DNA of 64,000 nt, from NCBI RefSeq assembly GCF_009914755.1, contig NC_060940.1, one strand, 5' to 3'. Positions 1 to 15,002 of this stretch are shown here, in pieces. Source of the stretch: the human T2T-CHM13v2.0 reference genome, Homo sapiens. The position numbers were made by a program, and so were the translations under genes. Every line of letters starts with the position of its first letter. Positions within the stretch are counted from its first letter, which is position 1. Below the pieces are notes generated by a model, which worked only from the letters and a program-made list of their open reading frames with translations, had not been told where the DNA came from and made no database searches.

Positions 1-464
1 TATAAGGAAGCATTTCTTTTGAAAATTGGAAGATATATAGAGAAGCCCTAAGGCATTCTCACACATGGAATAAAAAACAAATGTAGGTGTTTTCAAGGAG
101 AATAAGAAGATAGCAGGATCCAGTAAACTCATCTTTCACTCAGTTTCTGATTAGATGAATACAAACAGAAAGGCAATCTGCTAGCGTCCTCCAAACCTAG
201 AATGCAGACATCTTCAATCTGGGCATTGATGGCATTCTTTACCCTCAGCAAGGAAGACTTGTTCTGACCTGTTCATTTGGATTTCAGTGCCTTTTTAGGC
301 CAGATTCGCCAGATTCCCTTTTGATCTTTCCTTTGCTTGTTAGAGCTGAGATTCCAAAAAAAAAAAAAAAAAAAAGAAAGAAAATGTATTCACTTGAGCC
401 CTGATATAGTGGCTTTCCAAATTATTATAATATTAGGTCTTCATTATTGCAGCTCTGGGAGCTC

Positions 465-600
465 AGAAAAATCACTTCCTCTTTCAATGCCTCATTTTCT
501 TCATCTGTAAAAAGGGATATTATTATTAATAGTGGCAATCCCAGGGAATAGTTTATGGGAATTAGATGTGAAGCTCTGAGCACAGTGTCTGGCACACACA
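465..600 (+). mobile_element. MIR fragment
   Basis: MIR core-like gcctcattttcttcatctgtaaaaagggat followed by agcacagtgtctggcaca. Confidence 0.6.
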
Positions 601-941
601 AACCCCCATATTGCTTGTTGTGGTTGGTATTGTTAATTTTATTTTTAGTATCATTATTATTTAGGACCTCTAATTATCTCTATAGATGAGACACTCAGTG
701 TCATCCAAACAGTCATCAAACATTTGTTATTGTACTATGACATTCTACAGAATTTCCCAGGCGTTGAAATTTAGAGAAATGATAAAACAATCTGCCATCA
801 AGGAGCTTGCAACAGGAATGGAGGCAGGCACGGAGGCATGATAGCATTATCATGCACATGCGATATGGCTGTCCTATCAGGCTGGCAGCAGAAAGGGGTA
901 TCAAAAAAGGATTGTTGCAGGAGGTGCACTTGAACAGGTCA

Positions 942-1662
<721 letters not shown>

Positions 1663-1900
1663 CTATACAAATAGAAATTAGCTAGGGGAAGTGGATTCGG
1701 TAGGGTATGATATGGTGGTGGAGGGAAACAGCATAAAGAAAAGCCTAGAGGTCATCTACAGGCCTCCTCAACTGCCACCCATTGATGTATTTCAGCCTCA
1801 ATTAATTATGAACAAACATAGTAAGTGCCCTTCCCTTTTACAGGACAGGTACAATATCCTAATTTGACATGCATAACCATATTCAATCTTCATCATTCCC

Positions 1901-2202
1901 TTAATTAATTAATTTATTTAGAGACAGGGTCTCACTGTGCCACCCAGGCTGGAGTGCAGTGGGGTGATCATGGCTCGCTGCAGCTTCGACCTCCTGGGCT
2001 CAAGTGATTCTCCTGCCTCAGCTCCCCAAGTAGGTGGGACTACAGGCATGCACCACCACTCCCAGCTAATTTTTGTATTTTTTGCAGAGATAGGGTTTTG
2101 CCGTGTTTCCCAGGCTGGTCTTGAACTCCTGCACTCAAGCAATCCACCAGCCTCGGCCTCCCAAAATGTTGGGATTACAGGCGTGAACCATCCTGCTCAG
2201 CC
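1901..2202 (-). mobile_element. AluJ
   Basis: gagacagggtctcactgt...ctcctgggctcaagtgat...gggattacaggcgtgaacca; diverged, with J-type positions. Confidence 0.92.
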
Positions 2203-2204
2203 TG

Positions 2205-2330
2205 TTCGTTATTATTATTGTAATTTTACAGATGTGAAAACCAGGGCCACAGAAAATGTAAACTTCTTGCCCAAGATTTCAGGGGTACTCAGTGGCAAAG
2301 TCAGGGTTTGAAACCTACCCAGTCTCTGCT
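2205..2330 (-). mobile_element. MIR fragment
   Basis: attttacagatgtgaaaacc...cttgcccaagat...agggtttgaaacc. Confidence 0.55.
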
Positions 2331-2762
2331 TGTAACCTACTTGAACAGTATAAAATACTGTGACTAAGTAAGTGGCCTTTAGTTTTCAGACAAGGCCACA
2401 GAAATCAAACCCAGTTCTTTCTGGCATCAGTAGCCCATTTGCAAGTTTGGTGCAGTGGCGAGGCCATCTGTTGTGAGGCCAGCAGACCAGGCTTTTCCCA
2501 TGCCTTGCAGGCAGGGTGAAGAGCCCATAGAGAGAGCTGAAGCTCTTTCCTATACCAGCTGAAATCACTCAAAGACTGTGAAAAATGTCAGAGGACCTGT
2601 CGGTCTTCATCAGCAATGACTTTATTATCGCACCTTCTGGTGCATCTTGTACCCTCAGTTACCGAAAGAGACCTGAACAATCGGATCAACACAGCACACA
2701 TGCGGTGAAGCAGAGACATCACAATTAGCCAGGGATGCATTCCTTCTGCATTTTCCCAAGTT

Positions 2763-2960
2763 AGCACTGTCAGACGTAGGAAATAAAAATACAAGACATT
2801 TAGTTAAATTTCAATTTAATATAAGCAATGAATTATTTGGGGGAGGGGAGTAGGTAAGTCCCATGCAATATTTGTGACATATTTATACTTAAAAAAATTA
2901 TTTGTTGATTTTCTGAAATTCAAATGGAATGGAGCCTCCTGTATTTGACAGTCTCGCCCT
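2763..2960. mobile_element. MER53-like palindromic hAT-type MITE
   Basis: aaataaaaatacaagaca..agttaaatttcaattt / gtcccatgcaatatttgtgacat / ttctgaaattcaaat..cctgtattt matches remembered MER53 consensus. Confidence 0.7.
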
Positions 2961-3069
2961 AAGCATTAAGAAGGGGAAGAACAAATGTTATCTGGAAAGA
3001 ATTCAAAGATGCATCAACAATATGAGCCAAACCCATGGACATTCAGAAAATACCTACTTTGTGGAAATT

Positions 3070-3620
3070 GTTGTACTCAGGGTTTCGTACATAGAATTTC
3101 CATTTCAAAGCAGCTTACAGTCTAGCTGGGCAGCTGAGAGAATGGGAGACAGCTGTGGAGAATGTGACGGGGGTAGGGGGTTCTGTTCCTGTCTGCTTCA
3201 GATCTATTTCTTGCCCTGCCCCTGCCGTAATCTGCCGACTATAGGGACCAAATTGTTGCAGGTGCTTTTCAGAGCTGGGATCAGCTGGCTTCTGGCTGGG
3301 CTGTTTCACTGGGGACACTGGTCAGAGATCAGGCTGTGGGAGAGGGTGTTCCTTATACCTCACTGCCTGGGGTCACGTCTTCTCTGTGCCTCCAGCTCCC
3401 TCCAGAGGCTTATGATACTTCAGGTGCACAGGTCCCTACCTATGGGACAGCCCAGGAGTGGTGCACCTTCCCTTTCTTACACAGCCCCACCCTGATTGAC
3501 CCCCCAGCTCCTCCTTCACCCGTGTAACTCTCTGTATTAAATTATCTCTGCTTTAAATATTCTGCTTCAGAGTGGTCTCTACTTTTTTTTTAGTGGTCTC
3601 TATTTTCCTAGTTGGGTACT
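3070..3620 (+). mobile_element. Old ERVL-type LTR (LTR33-like)
   Basis: 3' end ctgtattaaattatctctgctttaaata...agagtggtctct..ttttcc resembles LTR33; 5' boundary uncertain. Confidence 0.5.
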
Positions 3621-3794
3621 GAAAATTAGAGCGCTATAACTGATATGGAAAGAATTGCTGGGAGGAGCTATCTTCCTTGCCTAAGAGGGAGTGGAGTAAG
3701 TCTTCCCAAAAGACATGAAGCCTGAATTTAGGGTCCTAATAATCATTCTTATTTATTCATTTTAGGATGGTCTGGAGACTGCGCTAAGTGTTCT

Positions 3795-4365
3795 TGCTGG
3801 TTGATTTTATGTAACTTGACTTGGTCACAGGGTGCTCAGATATTTGGTCAAACATGATTATGGGTGCGTCTGTGAGGGCGTTGCATTTGAATCCATGGAC
3901 TCAGGGAAGCAGATTGTCCTCTCGCACGTGGGTGGGCCTCACCCAATCACTTGAGGACTGAATAGCATGAAAAAGCTGAATGAGGGAGTATTCCTTCTGC
4001 CTAATTGTCTTTTGGCTGGAAATTTTTTCACCGTCTTTGAACTAGAACTACACCATCAGGTCTTTTGGTTCTTGAGACTTTGGACTTGGACTAGAACTAC
4101 ATCTTTAAAATTAACTCTGCTAATTCTCTGTAGTGCTGACTGTAGATCTTCAGACTTGTCAGTCTCCATAATTGTATGAGCCAATTCCTTCAATTCCTTA
4201 TACTAAATCAATTCTCTCATCCTTTCTCTCTCTCTCTTTCTATACACAATCTCTCTCTTTCTCTCTCTCTATATACACACACATAATATATGTACACATA
4301 TATATGTATACACATAATATATATATACACATATATATATGTATATGAGAATTCTGACTATTACA
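3795..4365 (+). mobile_element. MLT2 (ERVL) solo LTR with internal (TC)n/(TA)n tract
   Basis: ggttgattttatgt..aacttgact..cagatatttggtcaaacat..gtgggtgggcctcacccaatc..gagaattctgactattaca. Confidence 0.75.
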
Positions 4366-4374
4366 GTGTTCTTT

Positions 4375-4525
4375 ATGCCTTAGCATATTTAACCCTTAGA
4401 CCTCATCCTCCAAAGTGATGTAAGTAATCCCAATTTACAGATGAGAAAAGTAAGTCTCAAGAAAGATGAGACACTTGTCCAGGATCAGGCTGTAATCATG
4501 TGAACACAGATTTTCCTGGCTCCAA
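4375..4525 (-). mobile_element. MIR fragment
   Basis: cccaatttacagatgagaaaagtaag..cttgtccaggatca. Confidence 0.5.
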
Positions 4526-5555
4526 ATAAGATGTTGTAACAACTGTTATACAGGGAGGAGTCATGTTTGCTGGGAAAGACCCATCAGGTAGGGGGCTGAA
4601 TAAACCAAACTTACAGTAAGATCAGCTCTCACATTAGTAAGAGTTCTCCCTCTTCCTCCCTCTCTCATTCTCACATGCCCTCTTTCCCATACTGGGTTTA
4701 GGGTGTGACTAGGATACTTGTAGTGGAAGAAGATGGGTTGGAGCTCAATCACCCAGGACGTCTATAGTTCACTTTAATTGCCCTACATTTGGCAATAAAA
4801 GCATGACTACAGCCTCCCAGAGACAGTGAAGTTCCTGTGTCTATTGCAGAAAGAAAATTAACCTGGTTCCCAATGATGTTACTCAAGGGGGCTCAGAATC
4901 AAAACCATTATTTGTGCTTTAACCACTAATATTCACTTTTTTGACACTCAGTTTAGAGTGGCCTTTGGAAATAAGTCACATATATTCTTTTATGAACCCA
5001 ATCATGCATTTAACTTGTTTTCCAAATGTTTATTGAACACTGACTATATATATATAGATATATTTTTGGGGTCCATTCTCCATTTATTATTGGTTCATTC
5101 ATTTAATTGAGTACTCACAGTCTTCAAAATGTTATCTTATAAGGCAATCAGTTGTTAACATGAGTTAAGTATGTAATCGATAATAATGCAAACTTTAAGG
5201 TACATATGCAAAATATAATAATGGTGTTGTGAGTTATACCACTACCCAAATCCCAGAAGACATTGTTCCAAACATTAAAATCAATAACATGTGTATAGCT
5301 AGTTCTATCCTTGGATCTCCCCCAAAATAGTTAAATAATTCACACAAAAACTCTAAACATTTTAAAAATAGATTTTCTGTATCTATATTGCAGTTATATT
5401 AATGTTTACCTTTTCCAGTAATAAAATAAATACATATTTATTATGGAAAAACTAAAAATAAGTTTGAGATCGGTATCTAGATTTTATATAGTACGCCAGA
5501 GTTATACATCAGCAGTTCATCAGAGAAATTTTTTTTTTTGAAGTTCTGATATCAC

Positions 5556-5798
5556 TTTTTTAATTATACTTTAAGTTCTGGGATACATATGCAGAACGTG
5601 CAGGTTTGTTACATAGATATACACGTGCCATGGTGGTTTGCTGCACCCATCAACCCATCATCTACATTAGGTATTTCTCCCAATGCCATCCCTCCCCTAG
5701 CCCCCTACCCACCGACAGGCCCTGGTATGTGATGTTCTCCTTCCTGTGTCCATGTGTTCTCATTGTTTCAACTCCCACTTATAAGTGAGAACATGCGG
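5556..5798 (-). mobile_element. L1PA 3'-UTR fragment (about PA7-PA8 age)
   Basis: ttatactttaagttctgggataca..gaacgtgcaggtttgttacatag..cccacttataagtgagaacatgcgg. Confidence 0.9.
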
Positions 5799-6144
5799 AA
5801 ACACCAACTATATTTAAAGTCAGGCATATATTGTATTATTTCCATTGAGTTAGGACATTTGAGACATGGAGATTCTAGAATCTAGACCTCACCGTGGTAC
5901 ATTCAAGCCCATGGCTTTGACATTCTCCCAATACACTTTGGCCGCCTGATTAAATAGGTGAGGAACTAAAGTTTGATCAGACATTAAGAGATTATGTCCC
6001 TTTTTAAGGCCTTATCAAAGATTTAGTATGTTTTTCTAAATGAACTAGGAAGCCACCCTTTGAAGCATCTACTCAGAGATGGAGTGTTACCTATCAAGCA
6101 GTAGAAGGAAGTGGCAATGCAAAGATTTAAAAAAATGTAAAGTC

Positions 6145-6477
<333 letters not shown>

Positions 6478-6491
6478 TTATGAAGTATAGA

Positions 6492-6546
6492 CAGCCTCAG
6501 CCTCCCAAAGTGCTGCGATTACAGACATGAGCCACTGTGCCTGGCC
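6492..6546 (-). mobile_element. Isolated Alu 5' head fragment (~55 nt)
   Basis: cctcagcctcccaaagtgctgcgattacagacatgagccactgtgcctggcc. Confidence 0.85.
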
Positions 6547-6829
6547 TGAGAAAGAACTTTAAAAAGACACAAGAGGGAGCAGGGAGACTGGTCAATTGGC
6601 TGCTCTACTGATTGGGGTAAGAGGTGATTAGGATTCAAATAGCATAGGGGCAAAGATGCGGAGACCCATAGTAAGGCTTCTCTTATTTGATAGTACATAA
6701 AATCCTCAGTTTAAGTCAGTGAGTTGCCAGTCCTTGAAAAATGGGGTTCCAGTCCTCCCAACGGTGCCTGTATTCCACTTTCCAAGCCCAGCCTGCTGCT
6801 GACTTAATATTTCCAAGTTTCTGTGTAAA

Positions 6830-7023
6830 CGCTTGCTCCTCTAAGTGTGGTCTGCAGACCAGCAACATTGACATGATGTTTAACTTGTGAGCTGATCAAC
6901 AGCAGACCAACTTATCAGAAATGCATACTCTTAGGTCCCATTCCAGACCTACTGAATCAGAATCTGAAGTGTAACACAATCCTCAGGTGAACCATATGCA
7001 CATTAAAGCTTGAGAAGCCCTGG
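6830..7023. mobile_element. MER5-type (hAT-Charlie) fossil
   Basis: aagtgtggtctgcagaccagca..agaaatgca..ccagacctactgaatcagaatctg..cacattaaagcttgagaagccctg. Confidence 0.8.
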
Positions 7024-7371
7024 AAAAGCCACTCAAATTAACTCAGGTGTCTTTACATATTATTGTTTGCAGCTTGTTGGCAATCAACAAATAAAAAAAA
7101 CTCATCTCAGAAATACATAACTCTTTAGAAGAATCAGATCAATTGCAAAACAGTTAAAGTGTTAAAAGCCCTCAAAATGTTGATTATGAAATATGGGTAA
7201 TGTAAGTAGCAGAACAAACTGCATGGCTCTGTAATTATCAGTTTTACTGAGAAAAGAGCAGCTTTTTTTTTATGTCTCATTTTTATTTTCGAGTTGTCCA
7301 GTTGATTTTCTGGTGTATACACTATCAACAATCAGCTGCAAGAACATTCCCCTGAAGAGTGCTTTCTTTCA

Positions 7372-7669
7372 GGCCAGGAGTGGTGGCTCACACCTCTAAT
7401 TCCAGCATTTTGGGAGGCTAAGGCAGGCAGATCACATGAGGTCAGAAGTTCGAGACCAGCCTGGCCAACATGGTGAAACACCATCTCTACTAAAAATACA
7501 AAAATTAGCCAGGCAGTGTGGTGGGCACCTGTAGTCCCAGCTACTCTGGAGGCCAAGGCAGGACAGTCATTTGAACGCAAGAGGCAGAGGTTGCAGTAAG
7601 CCAAGACCATGCCACTGCACTCCAGCCTGGGTGACAGAGTAAGACTCCATCTCAAAAAAAAAAAAAAAA
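7372..7669 (+). mobile_element. AluSx-type, full length
   Basis: Complete dimer plus poly(A); TSD agtgctttctttca on both sides. Confidence 0.96.
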
Positions 7670-8776
7670 GTGCTTTCTTTCATCACCATGATTCCTTAAG
7701 ATCCAAATTAGCATGGTAACCCTAGAGCTGGTGGTCACATATTGTGATTTCCAAATGAAGAGCTGTCACACATAAATTTCTTGCCTGCCTAAAAGCTTTA
7801 TTATTGGGCATAAGTATCTTGTTTGTCAATACCTGGATAATGTGTTCGCTGCTGTTTAGTTCTTTAATTGTGAGTAATTTCCCATTGTGGAATAACTAAT
7901 TGGACCAATGCTTAAATTAATCAAAGGGTGCCATTTTTGATCAAAAGTTGCTGGCAATAGTAAACAAGACCATGCAGCATTAATACAAGGTTAAAAAGCT
8001 TTATTTTTAAATAGGGAAAATTAGAGTGCCTAGAAAAAACTCATTTACATATGGCCAATTGATTTACCAAAAGGGTCCTACTGTGATAAATGGTCCTGAA
8101 TTAGTTAGATACATAGATCAGTTAGATCTTAGATATCAATCAATGAGATCAATTAGACAGAGATTAAATACATAGAATAAGAAGGAAACTAGTCCCTGAG
8201 TCCAAGAAAAAAGTTTAGGGAATCTGGAAGAAAGGGCACTTATAATAATGTTTTGTTTACATTAAAAAAGAAGTACTTTAATACTTTAGTGCTAAAGTTC
8301 TAAAGAAGCACTACTAAATTGCTAAACTGAACAGCATGTTGGAGTTTAGTCCTAAACTTGCCATTCTTCCTGTTTTCACTTTGTATTTTTCACTTACTGT
8401 TCTCAAATTGCTAAATCAATCTATGTAGATATACCTCTGTTTTGTTTCAGCTCAGATTTTAAGTTTTGTTGTCCAGTTAGTCACTCTGGATCTTCCACAT
8501 TGTGCTTACAAATAGCTCCTGAAGCACATCTTTTCCTTCTTGTTTTAATGTTGCTACACATCACCCTATCTAGCCTATATGGGACACCCAGCATTCTGAC
8601 TAATCTTTCACATATGCGACCTTAATGTTAAGTCTCTTAGGACTGAGAGATACTCTGCACTGAAAGTTCAGCTGGAGCTTCAGAGTGTGAGAGTAGATGA
8701 TTGTAGTGGAAATCTGTTGTAATTTTGTAGGAAATCTCCTTGTGGAATGAAACTTTCTGACTCTTTAAGTATGTAC

Positions 8777-9225
8777 GTGGTAGATTGTATTATTATCCTA
8801 AATGTATTCTTTTTTCTAGGAACAAGAATTCTCACCCCTATCCATTGCCATGATGGTTTCTTTCAGTGGGAGAAGTGTTATTTAATATTTCCCTACTGCA
8901 TTCTTAGGCTTTTCCCTATGACTTGCTTTGGTCAATATAATGTAAGCAGAAGTAGCATATATCAGTACGAGGCCGAAGCTTCAAGTCATTTACAAGCAAA
9001 AAAAACTCTTGCTCTTTATTCTCTACCTTGAATGTGGCATGTCCCAAATAGAGTGGTTCCTTCGGCCTAGACCCCAGAATGGAGAAGATACATGGCCAGA
9101 AACAGAGCCATAGTCTATCCACAGCTGATATCACAAATTTCACAAATGAGAAACATTTGTTGTTGTGAGCTTTGATTTTAAGGTCTTTGTTATTGCCGGA
9201 TAATCAAGCAAAATCTGACTAATAC
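8777..9225 (+). mobile_element. MLT1-type MaLR LTR
   Basis: gtggtagattgtatt...atgacttgctttggtcaat...tttgttattgcc...ctgactaataca. Confidence 0.65.
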
Positions 9226-11139
9226 AGGGCACTTTGAGTGAGGCTCATCCCAACACCAGTATGGGAGTCAACATACAACTCAATCTAGGTTAGCCAAGCA
9301 TTGCAAATCTGTGGACACAACTACTTGCTTGGGAAATGGAAAATGGAACTTAAATCAAGTTGGCGGGATTTAATATTGGAACTTCTGTTGGTGTTATTTA
9401 AAACAGCCACTTGTTTTTATTCAAGAGTTACTGAAAAAATATTTTGTAAATGTAGAAATTACAGAGAACACCAAGAAGGGCAGCCTGTCTGAATGAGACG
9501 TTTACACAATAGAATTTAGAATTAATAGGTGAGTAAGCATGTCAAATTCCTGATGACATGATTATTCAAAAGTCCATCTGAAGCCTCTCCCAGAGCTTTT
9601 CACAGCAATTAAGTTCCTGACCAATAACATAAGAAATGTGTGTGTAATAAAATTTGGTTATATGAGGTACAGATTGTCAAATCGTAACTACTAGATGTGT
9701 GTGGATAATGTAATTTTTCCTAAAAGAAACTAATTAGGACAAAGAGTTTGTGTAGATAATACCAAATTCTGATTATCATAATAATCAGATTATTGAAGTT
9801 TATTTTTCCTTGATATTTAAAAATAATATAATGCAGAAGTTGTATAATAAGAGACAGGAAAAATACATACATGTTTTTCTTTGGATTAGCCTTATGTTGA
9901 AACTTACTCAGCTGCATAAAGATAAGTAATTTAAAGGTGGAATATGGCTGTGTCCAAAGTTGATCAAGGGAATCAATCCACATTTATACAAACAAACTGA
10001 AAATAAGGTATTACCGATATTGAGGATTTCTTTTTACTAGTATATATTCAGTTGTAAGAGTAACATGAATTATATAGTAAACTCTTTTTCGAAAATTTCA
10101 AAACCATTTAAAAAATATTTCAAAACAAATACCACACATTTTATTGATGAATGGCCTTAAGCTAATTCTATGAATAATTAGGCAAAAGTATTTTTCTTTC
10201 AGTATTATATAGGTAATTTAGTTAAAGTATAGTATATGAAGGAAGATGAAAAAAGTTAAAAATTTAAGTAACTTTCTATGTTGCCTTAATCTCCTCTTCT
10301 GATTCGATTAATTCTGGCCTAAATACTCTAGGTTTATTTTTTAAGCATGCACATTCCTGCAACCACAAATAGTTTGGTCTCAATTAATGTAATAGTCATG
10401 ACCCACTTTGACTGGGATATCAAGATATCAGGGGGAAGGACAGTTTCTAAACTTTAATAATCTAGATAATTGCTTCAGCTCTCTTACTTTGCTGATGAAT
10501 CTAGCCATAATTAACCAATTAAATCACATCAGTATTTCACTTTTTCCCTAACCATAGAATTTAGAGAGATGAAAGAGGGAGAAAGACTAGAGAATCTATC
10601 TAAACATGAATGTCATTCCATTATAGAACCTTATTAAATGCATTCAAATGTTTTAATTTCTAGCACTCTGTTGTTCATAATGAACTCTGCAGGGATTGAA
10701 AATGAATTTTTTATTCTGAGATTTTCGTCCCTTTTGAATTGCAGAGAGCATTCCTCTTGAATTTCCAGTAGATAAAATAAAACGTATTTTAATATCACAT
10801 CAAGCCAGTCCCCTGGGGAGACAACTGTCAAAAATTCATAGTATCTTTAAATCACTTTAATTACATTTTGCTGAATGTAAAATAATATGTAAGAAACTGT
10901 TTGTTTAACTTTGTTGATGCCATAGTGTTTTTCCTACAGTTAAGTTATATGCTGTCCAAGTAAGATTGAGTCGTTTAATTAGGCTGAGGTTCATGGTGAA
11001 TGGAGATATACAGTAAGAGATGGATTTCAAAAGGAAGATTCAGACCAGAATATAAAGCTCTTTGAAGGCCTGTGAAAAGTTTAAAATTCAGGGACAAATA
11101 TCACATCTAAAAATAAAATAACTAAAATTCATGTAATTC

Positions 11140-11330
11140 TTACTAGTGCCAGATACATATTATGCACTTTAAATATCTTACCTCAGTTAATGTTCACAGT
11201 AGTTCTTTTAGGTAGTAACTGTTATTATAATTGTCATCTTACAGCTATAGAAACTGAGGTTTAGAGAGTGTAAGGTCACACAACAAGTAATAAATTTAAT
11301 TCATAGAGTCAGATATCAGTTCTTACTATA
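11140..11330 (-). mobile_element. MIR
   Basis: gtgccagataca..ttacagctatagaaactgaggtttagagag..aaggtcacaca. Confidence 0.65.
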
Positions 11331-12569
11331 CTTTCTATACTTTGTAAATGATAAAACTTGAATTTGTACTAAGACATTCTATAGTCCATGCTTCCTGGAG
11401 AAAGGGAATTAGAATAGCTTGTCTATTTGCATTCTAAAATTAGTGATGGCAGTCACACAGTTGGGTAAGGGGGAAAAAAGAATAATTACTTGAGTGTCAG
11501 GATTCTGAAGAACCAGTTGACTGAGTCTCACCTGAGACCAATTCTGGGATGGATTTGTGTCTAGGGAGATGTGAAGGCCTATGAAAGGAGGAAGAACTAC
11601 CATAACTAAACCTAATGGAACCCCACCCATCACCATGTCATCCAGGAATGGAAGCAACACCGCCAGTAAGTGTCCCATTGATGTAGGCCTCACCTCCTTT
11701 GCCTTTCAGAATTCCACATTGTCACCATATGAAAGGACATTTGCCACTTCTACTCTTCTAAACCCAATTTATCAATCTGCCAGTCCATTCCCAATGTCAT
11801 CCCAGAAACTCATAGAACACTCCTCAGAACACTTGTCAAATGCTTTTCCTGCATCTATCGAGATGATCATTTGATTTATGTCTGTTATTTTATTAATATG
11901 GTATATTACATATTGAGATTTGAACGTCAAATCAACCTTATATTTCTGGATAAGCCCAACATGGCATAGTGTATAATCATTTTTATATGTCCCTGAATTC
12001 AGTTTGTGATTGTTAAGTATTTTTGTGGTTACGTTCATAAGAAATATGGATTTTCTTTTGATGTCATTGTTTGGCTTTAGAGAAAGCTAATATTATTTTC
12101 AAAGAATGAATTGGAAAAGTCCCCTTCCTCTCTATTTTCTGAAAGAATTTTTAAAGGATTGATATTTTCTTCCTTGAATAGTTCATAGAATTCACCAGTG
12201 AAATCTTCTGTGTAGGAAGATTTTAAATGACTAATTCATTTATATGTTATTGTCCAACTCGAATTGTCCAATTTCTTCTTTAGATAGTTTTGTAATCTCA
12301 GTTTTTTAAGAAATCTGTTCATACCATCTAAGTTGTCTAAGTTGTTGTCATAAAGTTGTTGATAATAGTTCCTCATAAATTTATAATTTATGTAGGGTCA
12401 GCAATGATATTCTTTCTTTCACTCCGAATTTGGCAATGTGAGCCTTCCCTCCTATTTGTTTGGTCAATTTAAGTAAGAGCATGTCAGTTCATCTTTTAAA
12501 AAGCAATTTTTGTTTTCATTTTTGTCTATTGTTTTTCAGTATTTCATTAGTTTTCACTGATATTTATTC

Positions 12570-12605
12570 TTCCTTTCTTTCCTTCCTTCCTTCCTTCCGT
12601 CTTTC

Positions 12606-12680
<75 letters not shown>

Positions 12681-12720
12681 CTTTCTTTCTTTTCTTTCTT
12701 TCTTTCATCTTTCTTTCTTT
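12570..12720. repeat. (TTCC)n(TTTC)n tetranucleotide microsatellite derived from Alu tail
   Basis: About 18 uninterrupted CTTT units at 12607-12678 with degenerate flanks. Confidence 0.95.
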
Positions 12721-13353
<633 letters not shown>

Positions 13354-13384
13354 TCACTTCTATTTTTTAAACTTCTCTTCCTAG

Positions 13385-14125
13385 GGTTAGCCTCTATGTC
13401 TGCAAAGTGACTAGTCAAAACATTGGTCGGAGGTTGTGTTCAAATACTTTCAACCAGCAAGGCTTCCACTTTCTGAGGATGGATTTCCAGACTCAGGAAT
13501 ACATTAAAAACTTCAGGCCATGTTAAAGTCTGGTCAGACTTTTACTTTCTGCTGAGATTTTCTGCATCTCTTTGCATGTGCACACAGTGTCTGCTAACCA
13601 GCAACGTACATGTGGATTAAACCCTCTCCCGTCTCTGCTGCACATGTGCACATCCTTGCATCAATCTGGGTTGTGTGACGAGTTTATCAAGCTTATCTCA
13701 GCTTATTTCCCTAAGTCCATTTATTACTCCAAACAGGACCACAATCTCAGGCTAGCGGGAGCACTATCTCCCTATTTGCTTGCCTCTAAGATTTTCTCTT
13801 TAAACTGAAGTTTTTAAATTCCAAATCAAGTGAACACCCTCTAGTAGCAGAAGCAAAGCTGTGGTTTTTGTGGTTCTGCCTTGCCTAGTTGAACTAGTGC
13901 TGTCACAGAGCTGGAGAGTGTGTGTTGGAGGGCGGGGCTTGTGGGTGGGGTGGGATGGGGGGTGGGCAGTGGGGGAGGGGGCTGCACGTGGAGCTAATAG
14001 CAACAGTCGAGAGCATGAATTCTGGCCTTGCTGCTTGCCTTTGGTCAAATTACAGAATTCTGAAATGGTTATTTTTGACTGTTTTGTCCAGCTTCATAGT
14101 TGCTTTATGTGGAGAGAATTTCTAA
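13385..14125 (-). mobile_element. Probable old L1M 5'-region remnant
   Basis: Follows the L1M ORF2 piece and resembles old L1 5' ends (..atttttgactgttttgtccagc..tagttgcttt..ggagag); family not certain. Confidence 0.35.
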
Positions 14126-14359
14126 ACATCCCTGCTCTGTCATACTGGAAGTCTCATGCATAAACCACAGAGTTGTCTCATCTTGAGGAAAGAGGGTGGT
14201 CTATTTGTGTCCCTATGTTGTCATTATTTATGAACCAGCCTCATTTCCACACACCATGAATTCCATCAGCAGGAGGAACTTCCCAGAAGAGGGTGACAGA
14301 CAACACTCAAAACAACTGGTGCATAGGTGCAAGACAAGCAGAGAAAATGATCTGGGTGG

Positions 14360-14980
14360 ATGCTAGAGTTAATTTTAGTTGTCAACTTAATTGGATTAAA
14401 GATTACCTGAAGAATTGGTTAAGAGTTAATTCTGGGTGTGTCTGTGAGGGCATGTACAGAGGAGAATGGCATGTGTGTCAGTGGACTGGGTGGGGAAGAT
14501 CTGTCCTCAGTGTGGTAGACATCATCCAATCAGCCAAATAGAACAAAAAAGACCTGAATAGAACAGAAAGACCATTTCCTCTCTCTCCTGGAGCTGGGAT
14601 ACACTCTTCTCCTGTCCTCAGTCATCAGAACTCCAGGCTCTCTGGCTTTTGGACTCCAGAACTGTTCCAGTGGCCCACTGGGTTCTCAGGCCTTCCACCT
14701 TGGACTGAGAGTTACACTATCAGCTTCCCTTGTCCTGAGGCCTTTGGACTTGGATTGAGCTATGCTACAAGCATCCCAGGGTCTCCAGCTAGCAGGCAGC
14801 CTGTCGTGGAACTTCTCAGCCTCCATAACCTTGTGAGCCAATTTCCCTAATAATTCCCTTCTCAAATATCTACATCTATATCATCCATGTCTATATCTTA
14901 TCTGTAGCTATAGTCTTTTGGCTTATCTGTAAACCAAAAGACTATCTATAGTCTCTCTCTGAAGAACCCTGACAAATATA
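14360..14980 (+). mobile_element. MLT2 (ERVL) solo LTR
   Basis: gttaatttt..gtcaactt..ttggatt..ctgggtgtgtctgtgagg..catcagaactccaggctctctggc..gaagaaccctgacaaata. Confidence 0.85.
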
Positions 14981-15002
14981 GTGGGCTATCATTTATGCTT
15001 AC

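Noticed and set aside
2590-2730. Slightly CpG-enriched unique segment that might be a coding exon
   Set aside because: No convincing splice-site pair and no recognisable peptide in the frames examined.
2929-3495. 188-aa ORF, the longest in the track
   Set aside because: Spans the MER53 end and an LTR33-like element; no recognisable domain; treated as a chance ORF.
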